A stretch of DNA of 64,000 bases from a virus: positions 5,884 to 69,883 of the IMG/VR virus record IMGVR_UViG_3300005253_000455. One strand, given 5' to 3'. Below the pieces are notes generated by a model. It was not told the origin of the DNA. It made no database searches and saw only the letters and a program-made list of their open reading frames with translations. The position numbers were made by a program, and so were the translations under genes. This document shows positions 1 to 9,211 of this stretch, in pieces. Numbering within the stretch: the stretch's first letter is position 1; each line of letters starts with the position of its first letter.

Positions 1-855
1 AATTTTTTTAATATGAGTTGCTCGCCTCTCACAATAAGAATTGAATCGAGGATCTGCAATAGGGTATTCTCCATTTCCCATTTTCTTATCTTCACTCTCA
101 TACCAATCTACATATATCTGTTCTGCTTCTTCTGTGAATTTGAACTCACCAGCTAAATTCTTTATTTTTTGTAAATCAGCAATTAAAATTTTGCGTAAAT
201 TCTGGTCAGAGATTCGGGGCCTGGAAACAGTTTTCTTTTTATTCTCTTCTGATACAAAAATGATTCTAGCTGTGAATCCACCACCTATAGCTTCAAGTGG
301 AAGCATAGAAGAAAACCAATCTGATGCTGTTCCACCCAAGAGATTATAACAGATTCCATGAATGTGATCATCACCCTTTCCTTTTGTTTCATATCTCCAT
401 GAATCATGTGAGTCATACCAATCAGTTAGATCAGCAATGAATCCAATATCTTTCTGCCCAAGAAAGACAGAAAGTTCTTTTGAGAATGTTGTCAAAGAAC
501 AATGAAACTCAATGAAACCAGATACTGGATTCTCATAATTGTTAATGCTATTCTTGAACACTTGAATGAGTTTTTCTTTGGTCATAGAATCTGCGGTTGT
601 CTTTCCTCCCGCCTCTGTAAAGATATCCTGACCAATATCCATAGCTACCCCTTTCCTGGTTCGTCCACTGGGACCTACCAGTATTATATATAGGTTGGGG
701 TAGATTTTAGAGTGGCCCCAAGGCATACAAACTTTTCTCTCAAGTGATCCTGCTATGAGAGAGATTGCAGTCCATATATGATATGACTCGGGCGGCTCTG
801 TATCATCTGTGTATTCTATATAATAAGATATCCAATCGCTCAGAGCTCTTGCCAC
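1..855 (-). CDS. DUF3987/YfjI-like P-loop ATPase (putative replicative helicase-type protein), runs off window start
   Basis: Not in the ORF track. Hand translation from GTG at 855 after a GAGGGA RBS gives MARALSDWISYYIEYTDDTEPPESYHIWTAIS...YPNLYIILVGPSGRTRKG...ELSVFLG...LTDWYDSH; no stop seen before position 1. Confidence 0.75.
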   Translation of the reverse strand, partial: MARALSDWISYYIEYTDDTEPPESYHIWTAISLIAGSLERKVCMPWGHSKIYPNLYIILVGPSGRTRKGVAMDIGQDIFTEAGGKTTADSMTKEKLIQVFKNSINNYENPVSGFIEFHCSLTTFSKELSVFLGQKDIGFIADLTDWYDSHDSWRYETKGKGDDHIHGICYNLLGGTASDWFSSMLPLEAIGGGFTARIIFVSEENKKKTVSRPRISDQNLRKILIADLQKIKNLAGEFKFTEEAEQIYVDWYESEDKKMGNGEYPIADPRFNSYCERRATHIKKI

Positions 856-1376
856 ACTTCCCTCGTATAGATGCGAAGATTAACTTGAGATTCTTCAAAG
901 ACCTGCTCACCACGCTTGAGTTCTTCCTTCCATCTAAGAATTAAATCAGTATCTCTTTCACGTTCAATTGAGACTACATTTTGCAATCCTGATTGAGCAA
1001 TAAAACCTGCACATTTATCACAAGGTGGAAATGGCCATGTATAGAGAATTGTGTCTTTGAGTCCTTTCTGAGCAAAGAGAATTGCATTTATTTCTGCATG
1101 AATCGTTAATGGGTATTTTTGTTCTCGATCATTTAATCTTGTTTCAGTGTCATGCACACCACGGGGGAATCCATTATAACCAACAGATACTACTCTATTC
1201 TCAGAATCAGCTATGACTGCTCCAACTTGTGTTGAAGGATCTTTTGACCAGCTTGCAATGTGTTTTGCAAGGCTCAAAAACCTAAAATCCCATTTTTTGA
1301 TTCGTCCTGAATAAAATTTTGTTTGACTTGCCCCAATAGTGTTTATAAGGAAATTACTATCAATTCTTTGAATCAT
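840..1376 (-). CDS. dCMP deaminase
   Basis: SKDPSTQVGA, GYNGFPRG, HAEINA and PCDKC zinc-deaminase motifs. Confidence 0.93.
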   Translation of the reverse strand: MIQRIDSNFLINTIGASQTKFYSGRIKKWDFRFLSLAKHIASWSKDPSTQVGAVIADSENRVVSVGYNGFPRGVHDTETRLNDREQKYPLTIHAEINAILFAQKGLKDTILYTWPFPPCDKCAGFIAQSGLQNVVSIERERDTDLILRWKEELKRGEQVFEESQVNLRIYTREVWQEL

Positions 1377-1576
1377 ATCTTAGCCCTTTCTTTTTTCAAT
1401 TTTAATCTCAAACATCCACAACTTTTAGTTAATCCTGTAACAAGTCGGGCCTCTCTAACTCTTGTGAACTGCCCACAGTCACATCTACAACTATAGTAAC
1501 AATGACTATCTTCTGCAACATCAAGCAATTCTAGGACTAGAAGCCTCCCGAATTTCTGACCTTCTAGATTCCTCAT
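1373..1576 (-). CDS. Small Cys-rich protein resembling the N-terminal domain of HNH/AP2 phage endonucleases
   Basis: GQKFGRLLV...CRCDCG...TKSCGCL pattern; AAGGAG RBS before ATG at 1576. Confidence 0.7.
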   Translation of the reverse strand: MRNLEGQKFGRLLVLELLDVAEDSHCYYSCRCDCGQFTRVREARLVTGLTKSCGCLRLKLKKERAKI

Positions 1577-4148
1577 GTTTCTCCTTTGCTTGCTCAATTA
1601 TCCCTGGAAGTTCTAATTCCAGATCACCAATTTGTTTGAAGTCTAAATCCTTTAATTCTATCATGTTCTTCCAATCAAATCCTATCTTGCAATCAGTTCT
1701 AATTGAAAATTGGCGGCCTTCCCATTCAAGAACATCGTGCATATGCTCTATTCCCGTGAAAATAACCTTTGATAAATCACGAAGATTAGAGAAAGGAGCC
1801 TGGCCTAGGTTTGAATCATGGCCCTCAAGCAAAAGCTCAAACGGCCGCATCCAAGGTGTTCGATCATTATAAAGTCGAGTCATACCATTCTTATTATTCC
1901 TTGAAACTGTTGATTGAGGATTCCAGTCATAAGCTTCCTTGAATAGATCATCGCCCCATTCTCCAAGAAATGTTCTTTTGTCTTGATAGCAATTTTCAAT
2001 GGTTCTGTTTTTATCCAATTGGGCTTGTGTTCTTTTATACCAATGCTTTAGACCTGGATAGCCTTTGTGATAACCGTCATAGATTCTCTTAGAGAGATCA
2101 AGGTCAGTCTCATATTCCAGAGCAAAACGGGCCGCCTGCATATCGTAGTTGAAGCCGTGATTACTATGCTTTCCACATTGTCGAATTGAGTAACCACGCG
2201 GCCAAAAAGCATCAGGGTAGACTATGGATAGGGCTTCTCTGGTCCATTCAGGTTTGTTGGCTAAGCACCATTTATCCAGTTCAACGCGGGCCTTCTCAAT
2301 ATCTATTGGGTCCCGAGAATGCCCAACATATTTATCTTCCAGCTTAATATACTCAATGGGCAATCCTGTGATCATAGAGCCACTCACTGCATGAGCATCA
2401 AGTCTTCTTTCTACGACCCTAATCATGTTTGCATCACCCGAAACAAAAGCTACAACAACCCATTCAGCCTGAACTTTATCCCACTCAATAAAGATTCTAT
2501 CATCATCAGGAATTAAATATGAGCGGAAAGATAAAGGAAGGTTCTGATGATTCATCCCTGTTCCATCAATCGTCTTACCACTAGCAAATCTATTATTCTT
2601 AGTTCCTCTTGGATTATAAGCACATCGGAAGCGGCCATCTTTATCGAAGCCAATATCAAGATACGTAGAATTGAGTTTTCTTAGGCCCCGAATCCCTTGA
2701 ATCAATTTTGCTTCTTGCAAAGGCTTTCTTGAGGTTGTACCTTTAGCAAGTCTTTCAAGAGACTTATCATCCAAGGTTGCAGAAGAGGTTTTCTTAACCT
2801 TATTGTATTTTGTGAACGGAGTTATTTTCAGTTCTTCGTAAAAATATTCCTTGCATTGCTTTGGAGAATTTACATTGAATTCTCTTCCAGTTATAGTATT
2901 AAGTTCAATTTGTTGTTTATCTATATCCCTCTCAACTCTTTCTTTCTCGATTTTGATTGCACCTGGATCAACATGGATTCCTTTCCAGACCATGAAATTT
3001 ATTGGGTCAAAATACTTCATTGTCTCCCGATAATAATGAAAGAATCCATCCTCCGTAATCTTATGCTTGATTGCATCCCAGACTTCAAAAGCATGAGTGC
3101 AATCTTTGCAATTATAGGTCCACCATTGACCCCAGTCTTTGATCTGATTCAGTTTCCATTGCTTCCCTTCATCTTTGTAATAAGGTTCTCCTTTGCACTG
3201 AAAAGATACAAGGAAGTCAAGACCTTTAGGGAAGTCGGGATAGAGAATATGATGGGCAATCATTATATCATCAATATATCCTTTTGTCTGGATTCGGTTG
3301 TGTGCAAGGATATAAGAGGTATCAAAAATTAAGTTCATTCCAAGTTTTGGAACTTGGGGGTCTTCCATGAGATTTGCTATTGCCCGCCATACATGGCCTT
3401 CTTGGCTTGGAGAATAGTTGTCTACAGGTATGCACATAGCCTCAGTTGGATTCGGGGCAAAGCCTATACAGGAGACTTCATTCTTAGTCACTTCTATATC
3501 CCAAGATACAGTTCCTCTTTCCTTCCTAAGATTATCTATATAATCAGTCGCATCCTGCCAAGAAGGTCTGATTATATAATTTCTTTCTAGAAGCCTGATC
3601 TCTGGGAAAGTTGATTGATAGACAGATCGCCTCATATCCTCAACGATATAATAGCGAACCATGAAATTTCCATGGAGTGCTGAGGAAGGATGAATGGCGG
3701 GAATGACTTTTCTTCCGGGTAGAAGTGTGGACTCAAGAATTGAGCCTCTGTATTTTGTAATCTGTTGATGGCCAGTCAGGCAATAACAAGCAAGGCGGCC
3801 CATAGGCATAAGAACATTTGCTGTTACACTTTGCAGTTCTTCTTTGAGTTTATCTTTCCAGTATTCTCCCAATTTGGTGAGACCGTTCCGGCCAATTAAT
3901 TCTTCAATATTTTTCTCAATAGGTTTCTTTGAAACATTAGTTAGATATATCTCTGTTCTTGTTAAACCCGCCTGGTGGGCACATTGCTCTAAGACAAAGC
4001 CTGCTGGCCCAACCCAAGGCTTTCCTTTAGCTATTTCATTTCTAGCAGGAGCCTCTCCAATCATCGCAATTGCGGAGTTGGGGTCTCCATCCGGCGGGAC
4101 AGTTCCCTCATTCATAGCAGGGAGATTTGGATAAGATACAAAGCCCAT
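1521..4148 (-). CDS. polA: Family A DNA polymerase with N-terminal family-4 uracil-DNA glycosylase-like domain and 3'-5' exonuclease
   Basis: UDG motifs GEAPARNE..GKPWVGPAG, YLTNVSK, IHPS; exonuclease DIE, NLIFD, YNCKD; polymerase motifs A (DKVQAE), B (RQCGKHSNHGFNY), C (HDS). Confidence 0.93.
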   Translation of the reverse strand: MGFVSYPNLPAMNEGTVPPDGDPNSAIAMIGEAPARNEIAKGKPWVGPAGFVLEQCAHQAGLTRTEIYLTNVSKKPIEKNIEELIGRNGLTKLGEYWKDKLKEELQSVTANVLMPMGRLACYCLTGHQQITKYRGSILESTLLPGRKVIPAIHPSSALHGNFMVRYYIVEDMRRSVYQSTFPEIRLLERNYIIRPSWQDATDYIDNLRKERGTVSWDIEVTKNEVSCIGFAPNPTEAMCIPVDNYSPSQEGHVWRAIANLMEDPQVPKLGMNLIFDTSYILAHNRIQTKGYIDDIMIAHHILYPDFPKGLDFLVSFQCKGEPYYKDEGKQWKLNQIKDWGQWWTYNCKDCTHAFEVWDAIKHKITEDGFFHYYRETMKYFDPINFMVWKGIHVDPGAIKIEKERVERDIDKQQIELNTITGREFNVNSPKQCKEYFYEELKITPFTKYNKVKKTSSATLDDKSLERLAKGTTSRKPLQEAKLIQGIRGLRKLNSTYLDIGFDKDGRFRCAYNPRGTKNNRFASGKTIDGTGMNHQNLPLSFRSYLIPDDDRIFIEWDKVQAEWVVVAFVSGDANMIRVVERRLDAHAVSGSMITGLPIEYIKLEDKYVGHSRDPIDIEKARVELDKWCLANKPEWTREALSIVYPDAFWPRGYSIRQCGKHSNHGFNYDMQAARFALEYETDLDLSKRIYDGYHKGYPGLKHWYKRTQAQLDKNRTIENCYQDKRTFLGEWGDDLFKEAYDWNPQSTVSRNNKNGMTRLYNDRTPWMRPFELLLEGHDSNLGQAPFSNLRDLSKVIFTGIEHMHDVLEWEGRQFSIRTDCKIGFDWKNMIELKDLDFKQIGDLELELPGIIEQAKEKHEESRRSEIREASSPRIA

Positions 4149-4357
4149 TAGGTTTTCCTTTTGTAATTAATCTCAAAAGAGCCAAGAACTTTTATCACTT
4201 TAATCGCTGAATCAAATTGAAAGTTTTTACCTTCGGTTACTAAAAGATGGATAGTAGTATGTGGAACATTGCAAAGTTTTCCAAACTCTCGGTATGATAT
4301 TTTATTCTTCTTCATATAAGATTTAACTTTTCTTCTTAGTTCTGTTATTTCTTTCAT
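4148..4357 (-). CDS. XRE-family helix-turn-helix protein
   Basis: 69 aa, ISYREFGKLCNVPHTTIHLL HTH pattern. Confidence 0.75.
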   Translation of the reverse strand: MKEITELRRKVKSYMKKNKISYREFGKLCNVPHTTIHLLVTEGKNFQFDSAIKVIKVLGSFEINYKRKT

Positions 4358-4521
4358 TAGCTTTTCTCCAATTATGCTCTTGCTTTTTGAATTTCTGCAT
4401 CAAAGAGTGATGATTTAAAAAGGATATGTTTAAGCATTAACTTTCTATATTCTTCCATGAGATATTCAATAAATTCATCTTTGCTTTCAATCACACGCAT
4501 TGCCTCTTTTTTGGTCATGTT

Positions 4522-5865
4522 TTACTCCAGTTCAAATTTCTTCAAATAGCTTTTCCGAATCTCATAAAGATATTTCTCTTTATAATCTTCGTTGTTATCA
4601 AAGCCTAAAGTTTTATACCCCATTTCTTTTGCAGCAATGATAGTAGCACCACTCCCGAGAAATGGAACCAGAACCTTGTTCATATAAGGAACAGTAGTTA
4701 CTCCAAAAGTTTCGATTATTTCTTTTATGAGTTCAAGAGGTCTTTGTGTTGGGTGGTATTTATCTCCAGCGAACACTGGATCAATAGCGAATTGATTACT
4801 TCTACCCTGTTTGAGAACAACGGATTTCATTTCCTTTTTAGCACCATAGAAGAAAGTCTCATATGTTCTAGCAAGTCTTAGGAGTGGTTGATTTGTCTGG
4901 CCATTCTTTTTAGTCCAGAGAGCGGGTATTTCATCTATCACCCAACCAGCTTCAGTTAAGGCAGAATAAACTTCTTTATACCATTGATACCCGAACCAGA
5001 AAACTATCTTAGCATCTTTAGCAGATACTCTAAATAATTCTATGGCAAGATCATCTAGAAATTGCACATAATCACCTGCTGGAATCTCATTGTAGTTCTT
5101 TACTTGATCTTTAATTGCTGTTTTGGGTGGTCTTTTCTTTCCCTTAAAATCAATACCATAAGGCGGGTCAACCTCAATCAAGAAAATCTCCCTATCTTCA
5201 TCAGGTAAAGAAGCAAGTCCTTCAAAAACATCTATTATCTTGTAATCTTCGTCAGCCCCTTTTAGGAGTTTTTCAAGAGTTTTATCTTTTGCAGTCTCTG
5301 GATCTTCTGTTCTTCTTCTCAGCTCATCAAGAGCAAGCTTCTCATAAATTGAATCAAGTGATTTCTTAGCTTGATCTGCTGTTTTTGCTTTTGCCAATTC
5401 TGGCATCTTCTCAAGTGCTTCTGCGAGTTGTAAATGTTGGGAGATTCCCCCAACTGAGCGTTCAAGAAGATCAGCGGTTTTTCTTCCCGACCAGTCTTGA
5501 TTCTTCTCTGAATAAAGTCGGTGAATTTCAGCGGTGAGTTTCGCTTGTTCATCCCAAGCCAAATTCTCTCGCATCAAATTCTCAATCAATTCTACTTCTC
5601 TCGCATCCAGTTCATCTTTCGATTCCCGAATTATCACTGGAATCTCATCCCAATTGTCGGGATCTTCTTCTCTAAGAAGCTCAATAGCTTTTATCCTTCT
5701 TCCACCAGCAAGTAGATTCAAGTTCTGATCTAAGACTGGAGGTTGAATGAGACCTTTGTCTTTGATAGAAAGAGCGAGATCATCTATTCCATTGTATTCA
5801 GTTCTGAATCGTTCTCCAATGACTATCTGTGAGAATCGAACATTACGTTGGACTATCTTATCCAT
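4522..5865 (-). CDS. ParB/Srx-like domain plus HTH fused to an N6-adenine/N4-cytosine DNA methyltransferase (beta class)
   Basis: LALSIKDKGLIQP, AGGRR, ELIENLMRE (ParB); DPPY, HPTQRP, PFLGSG (MTase). Confidence 0.88.
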   Translation of the reverse strand: MDKIVQRNVRFSQIVIGERFRTEYNGIDDLALSIKDKGLIQPPVLDQNLNLLAGGRRIKAIELLREEDPDNWDEIPVIIRESKDELDAREVELIENLMRENLAWDEQAKLTAEIHRLYSEKNQDWSGRKTADLLERSVGGISQHLQLAEALEKMPELAKAKTADQAKKSLDSIYEKLALDELRRRTEDPETAKDKTLEKLLKGADEDYKIIDVFEGLASLPDEDREIFLIEVDPPYGIDFKGKKRPPKTAIKDQVKNYNEIPAGDYVQFLDDLAIELFRVSAKDAKIVFWFGYQWYKEVYSALTEAGWVIDEIPALWTKKNGQTNQPLLRLARTYETFFYGAKKEMKSVVLKQGRSNQFAIDPVFAGDKYHPTQRPLELIKEIIETFGVTTVPYMNKVLVPFLGSGATIIAAKEMGYKTLGFDNNEDYKEKYLYEIRKSYLKKFELE

Positions 5866-5902
5866 TAGGTTTTTCTCTTTTTAGTGTTGAATAGGAAAAA
5901 AT

Positions 5903-6118
5903 CTAAAGCCCAAATTTCTTTCTAAGTTCAGCTTTCTCTTCAGCTGATAAAGCTGATATTGCGCTCTTAGCACTCTTCCCTTGTGTTTTCTTCTTAACTG
6001 CTGCAACCCTAGTGATACTCATAGATTGCTCTCGATTCCTTCCTATATCATGAATCCAAGCCATCAATTCATCATCATTCATTTCTTTTAAGTGTTGTTT
6101 ATATTCCTCAAGATTCAT
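5903..6118 (-). CDS. hypothetical protein
   Basis: ORF in operon with overlapping start/stop. Confidence 0.65.
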   Translation of the reverse strand: MNLEEYKQHLKEMNDDELMAWIHDIGRNREQSMSITRVAAVKKKTQGKSAKSAISALSAEEKAELRKKFGL

Positions 6119-6381
6119 CGTTGTTCTCCCACTGTTTCTTTATTTTCTAGTTGTTTTGCAACTTCGTAGTTTGGTAGAATTATTAGTTTTGCTCTGCCGT
6201 TCAGTAAAGCAGTAAGAGTTTTATCCCTTCCTACTTCTTTTTCTAATTGTAGAATTTCTTTTAATAGATATCGCATGATTGCAGATAATCGTGAAGGCGG
6301 GATAATTGAGTGTATTAAAGCCTTTAACACAATAGGAACGTCAAAGGTTATTCTTCTAGTTCTCTCTTTATAAGAGGCCAT
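6115..6381 (-). CDS. hypothetical protein, possibly ribbon-helix-helix
   Basis: RRITFDVPIVLK strand-helix start. Confidence 0.55.
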   Translation of the reverse strand: MASYKERTRRITFDVPIVLKALIHSIIPPSRLSAIMRYLLKEILQLEKEVGRDKTLTALLNGRAKLIILPNYEVAKQLENKETVGEQR

Positions 6382-6422
6382 TTGTTTTATCCTGCTTTCA
6401 TTGTTAGTTTTTATTTTGGGGG

Positions 6423-6453
6423 AAAAAAGAAGGGAGGCTTTTTAGGGCCTCCC
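6423..6453 (-). terminator. Rho-independent terminator after the SSB-like gene
   Basis: GGGAGGC-loop-GCCTCCC followed by TTCTTTTTT on the minus strand. Confidence 0.8.
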
Positions 6454-6465
6454 AATTTGAATTAA

Positions 6466-6867
6466 CTAAATCTGAATCTCGGGAAGGATCAAGCTAACTT
6501 GAGTCCTTCCTTGATCATCTTTAGACTGCTTAGTCCTCGTTGCAGCCTGTTTCCCCAAGAAATCATCAGGGTCATATCCCTCATCATCAAAGGGAATATC
6601 AAAGTGAATCAAGAACCTCTTAGCCATAAGACCTTTAAACTCTTCGGCTTTGGGATCTCCGTCTGGATTTTGATCTCCAAGATAGTGGAAGACACCCTGC
6701 TTATCAGGCTGATCAGGGCAATCCAAGATTACCTCAGTCCTGAACTTAGTTGAGTCAGCCTTTCCCGCACCATGAGTTGCCTTGACGATACGCAAATTAT
6801 GTACGTCATCCTCAAGGTGGGTGGGTTCTTGACGGTCGGCGATGCCTTTATATGCAACTTTAGCCAT
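6466..6867 (-). CDS. Single-stranded DNA-binding protein (DUF669-like)
   Basis: Size, strand-rich acidic sequence, position downstream of a Sak4-like ATPase. Confidence 0.55.
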   Translation of the reverse strand: MAKVAYKGIADRQEPTHLEDDVHNLRIVKATHGAGKADSTKFRTEVILDCPDQPDKQGVFHYLGDQNPDGDPKAEEFKGLMAKRFLIHFDIPFDDEGYDPDDFLGKQAATRTKQSKDDQGRTQVSLILPEIQI

Positions 6868-6954
6868 TGTTGTTTTCCTTGTTGGAAATTTACCAAGATG
6901 GGTTCAAAAAATGAACAGATTAGTTAGATTTTTCTTTGCATCTTTCTCCTTTCT

Positions 6955-7308
6955 TTAAGAGGATTGTTCTTGTTGAACTCCTGAGGTTATCAAACTTTCA
7001 ACCGTTGGATAGATTCTTTCCCAAGATTGATATTCGGGATTAGGTTCTGCATGGGGGCTCCTTACTTCCCATTCATCATCACCTAATCTTACAAGAGTTA
7101 GTTTTACCATTCTTCCATGACAATAGTCAACGGAAATTCTTGCTTTGAAATTATCATCTCCCATCTCAATTGGGACAATCAAACCTAAATCTTCAAACTT
7201 ATAATCTTTAGGTTCAAAATGCACGAATCCCAATCCCATTGGTTGACTTGCATTTACAGCGTTGCAGATTATCTGCTTGATCTGTTCTTCTGTAGCCCTA
7301 AATTTCAT
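6955..7308 (-). CDS. hypothetical protein
   Basis: ORF with AAGGAG RBS. Confidence 0.7.
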   Translation of the reverse strand: MKFRATEEQIKQIICNAVNASQPMGLGFVHFEPKDYKFEDLGLIVPIEMGDDNFKARISVDYCHGRMVKLTLVRLGDDEWEVRSPHAEPNPEYQSWERIYPTVESLITSGVQQEQSS

Positions 7309-7319
7309 TCTTTTCTCCT

Positions 7320-7505
7320 TTAAAATTCAGTTATGAGAAAACCTTTGCAGAGATTAATCCTTCGACTCAAAGAAGCAAATTCTTTTTCACAATCTTTTCT
7401 TATCTTTGTTGTATTCTTTCTACTCATGATTACATTAAGCTTTCGCCTGATCGCTGCGATTTCTCGCGTTGCAGAGATATGTTGGGTTTGTGCTCTTCAA
7501 TTCAT
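7320..7505 (-). pseudogene. Small ORF with premature TGA at codon 3
   Basis: ATG overlaps the upstream stop (ATGA); reads MN*RAQTQHISATREIAAIRRK... open to TAA at 7320. Confidence 0.4.
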
Positions 7506-8317
7506 GCTGCTTTCCCTCTCTTAATAAGATAACCAAGACCTGAGTTATGAGGACTTTGAAAATCTGAAATTGTAATATCTTGAATCCCTGTGATTCCCGG
7601 GATATTACTTTTCAGATTCTCATTGTATTTATCCTTGATAGTTTGAATCGTGAATTTCTTCTTTCCATCTGCTTGTACATCATAGTCACAACGCCCAACG
7701 GTTGAGAAAAGTAGAGGTGCACGAACTTGAAGATCACCAGTTATGAGAATCTCATTCATCATTTTCATTGCAGTATCATTTTGCTTATACATAGTATGAC
7801 CTGTGACTAGAAGAGTTTTTTCTAGAGCACAGAGGGCTCTCAAGATTCTAGAAATTTGAGTCTTAAGAACATTATAATGAGTGAGTTGTGGAGGATATCC
7901 AATCATACCTTCTCGGGCTAGAATATCATCCATTGCTATATCAGAGAGAGTAGTTACTGAATCAAGACCTATGGAATTATATTTCTCGAAGAAGCCACTA
8001 TCAAGAGCTTCCATGAAATGCTGTTCCCATTGAGCAAAAGCTTGAGCCTTAATTCTCTCCTCGCCTTTCTGCATTCCAATGGGAGTAGCCCCACCTTTAG
8101 GAATCGGGGCTACAGTTATATTCAATTTATGAGGTAAGTATTCCTCAAAGTCTATGTCATGCCCTTGTATAGCATTAAATCCAGAAGGATCAAAAATATA
8201 CATGAAAGCGGGCCGTGGGAGAGTAAGGAATTGAGTAGTTTTCCCACCACCAAGCTGACCGATGAGAAAGATCTTCTCAGCTTGGTCTCGTTCTTGTGGG
8301 TCTTTAGCGTTTGGCAT
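7502..8317 (-). CDS. AAA_24 / Sak4-like recombination ATPase
   Basis: Walker A GQLGGGKTT, Walker B IGLDSVT, LLVTGH. Confidence 0.8.
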   Translation of the reverse strand: MPNAKDPQERDQAEKIFLIGQLGGGKTTQFLTLPRPAFMYIFDPSGFNAIQGHDIDFEEYLPHKLNITVAPIPKGGATPIGMQKGEERIKAQAFAQWEQHFMEALDSGFFEKYNSIGLDSVTTLSDIAMDDILAREGMIGYPPQLTHYNVLKTQISRILRALCALEKTLLVTGHTMYKQNDTAMKMMNEILITGDLQVRAPLLFSTVGRCDYDVQADGKKKFTIQTIKDKYNENLKSNIPGITGIQDITISDFQSPHNSGLGYLIKRGKAA

Positions 8318-8534
8318 TAAATTCTCTTTCTTTTATCATAGCTGAAGCTTTTTCAGCATCAATAAAATCTATAGGTGCATCAATTGATAAAGGAAGAGGA
8401 CTTTGTATATAGAATTCCTTTATGCTACCTTTAGGTGTTTTATACTCACCTAGAACTGCTCTGTTACTGGCACTTAAAGATACTCTTATCCAATCCTCAT
8501 CCCCTTCATAGACTAAGATTCTTATAACTTTCAT
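8304..8534 (-). CDS. hypothetical protein
   Basis: ORF with RBS. Confidence 0.65.
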   Translation of the reverse strand: MKVIRILVYEGDEDWIRVSLSASNRAVLGEYKTPKGSIKEFYIQSPLPLSIDAPIDFIDAEKASAMIKEREFNAKR

Positions 8535-8543
8535 CTTTCTCCT

Positions 8544-9209
8544 TTAGAATGAATAGTTAGAATATTCCAAATCAACTTGAAAATACTTCTCAACCCATTT
8601 CCTTCCCTGCTCGTTGTAAATCTTTCTATAGTCCTTTGGTCTTTTATGATCTTGCATATGAGGCAAGTGGAATTTACAGAGATCAGAAATTTCTTTAGTA
8701 GTTCCAATTTTTAATTCTGAAAAAACATGTTCGAGATCTTCCTTTAAATTTTCATATCTCCCAATAAACTTAGGAATTATTTTTGGGAGAGGGAATTGAT
8801 TTGATTTGCATGGAGTAGAAGTTAACCAATCAAGTTGAGGTTTTTGGGTATTAGGAATTGCGCTCTCTCCTGGGAAAGTTTGCCTTCCTTCATAGATTTC
8901 TTCATTAGAGAAAAGCCAAGCATTGAAATCTTTTCCTTCGAGCTTCTCAGGCCATCTAACTTGAATGAAATGATAGAGAGAATGAAGCCTCTCAAAAGGA
9001 TTTCGCACAAAGGAGAAGAAATAATACTCACCTGGTTCCTCTCCTTGCTGTGTTAAATAAGAACAAACATATCGGGCCGGGCTATGAGTTTTCAAAGGAG
9101 AAGGAGTTATAGCATCCTCATCTATCCTACTGAGTAAATCATGGATAGAAGTCCCAGCTGTCTTGGGAATATGGATAAAGACAAATCTGTACTTTTTAGA
9201 GATTAGCAT
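8544..9209 (-). CDS. Sulfotransferase family 2 (carbohydrate sulfotransferase-like)
   Basis: 5'-PSB FIHIPKTAGTS, 3'-PB FVRNPFERLHSLY, FIGRYENL, C-terminal DLEYSNY. Confidence 0.88.
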   Translation of the reverse strand: MLISKKYRFVFIHIPKTAGTSIHDLLSRIDEDAITPSPLKTHSPARYVCSYLTQQGEEPGEYYFFSFVRNPFERLHSLYHFIQVRWPEKLEGKDFNAWLFSNEEIYEGRQTFPGESAIPNTQKPQLDWLTSTPCKSNQFPLPKIIPKFIGRYENLKEDLEHVFSELKIGTTKEISDLCKFHLPHMQDHKRPKDYRKIYNEQGRKWVEKYFQVDLEYSNYSF

Positions 9210-9211
9210 CT

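Noticed and set aside
1373-1597. Active homing endonuclease
   Set aside because: Only the Cys-rich N-terminal module is present; no HNH or AP2 domain follows
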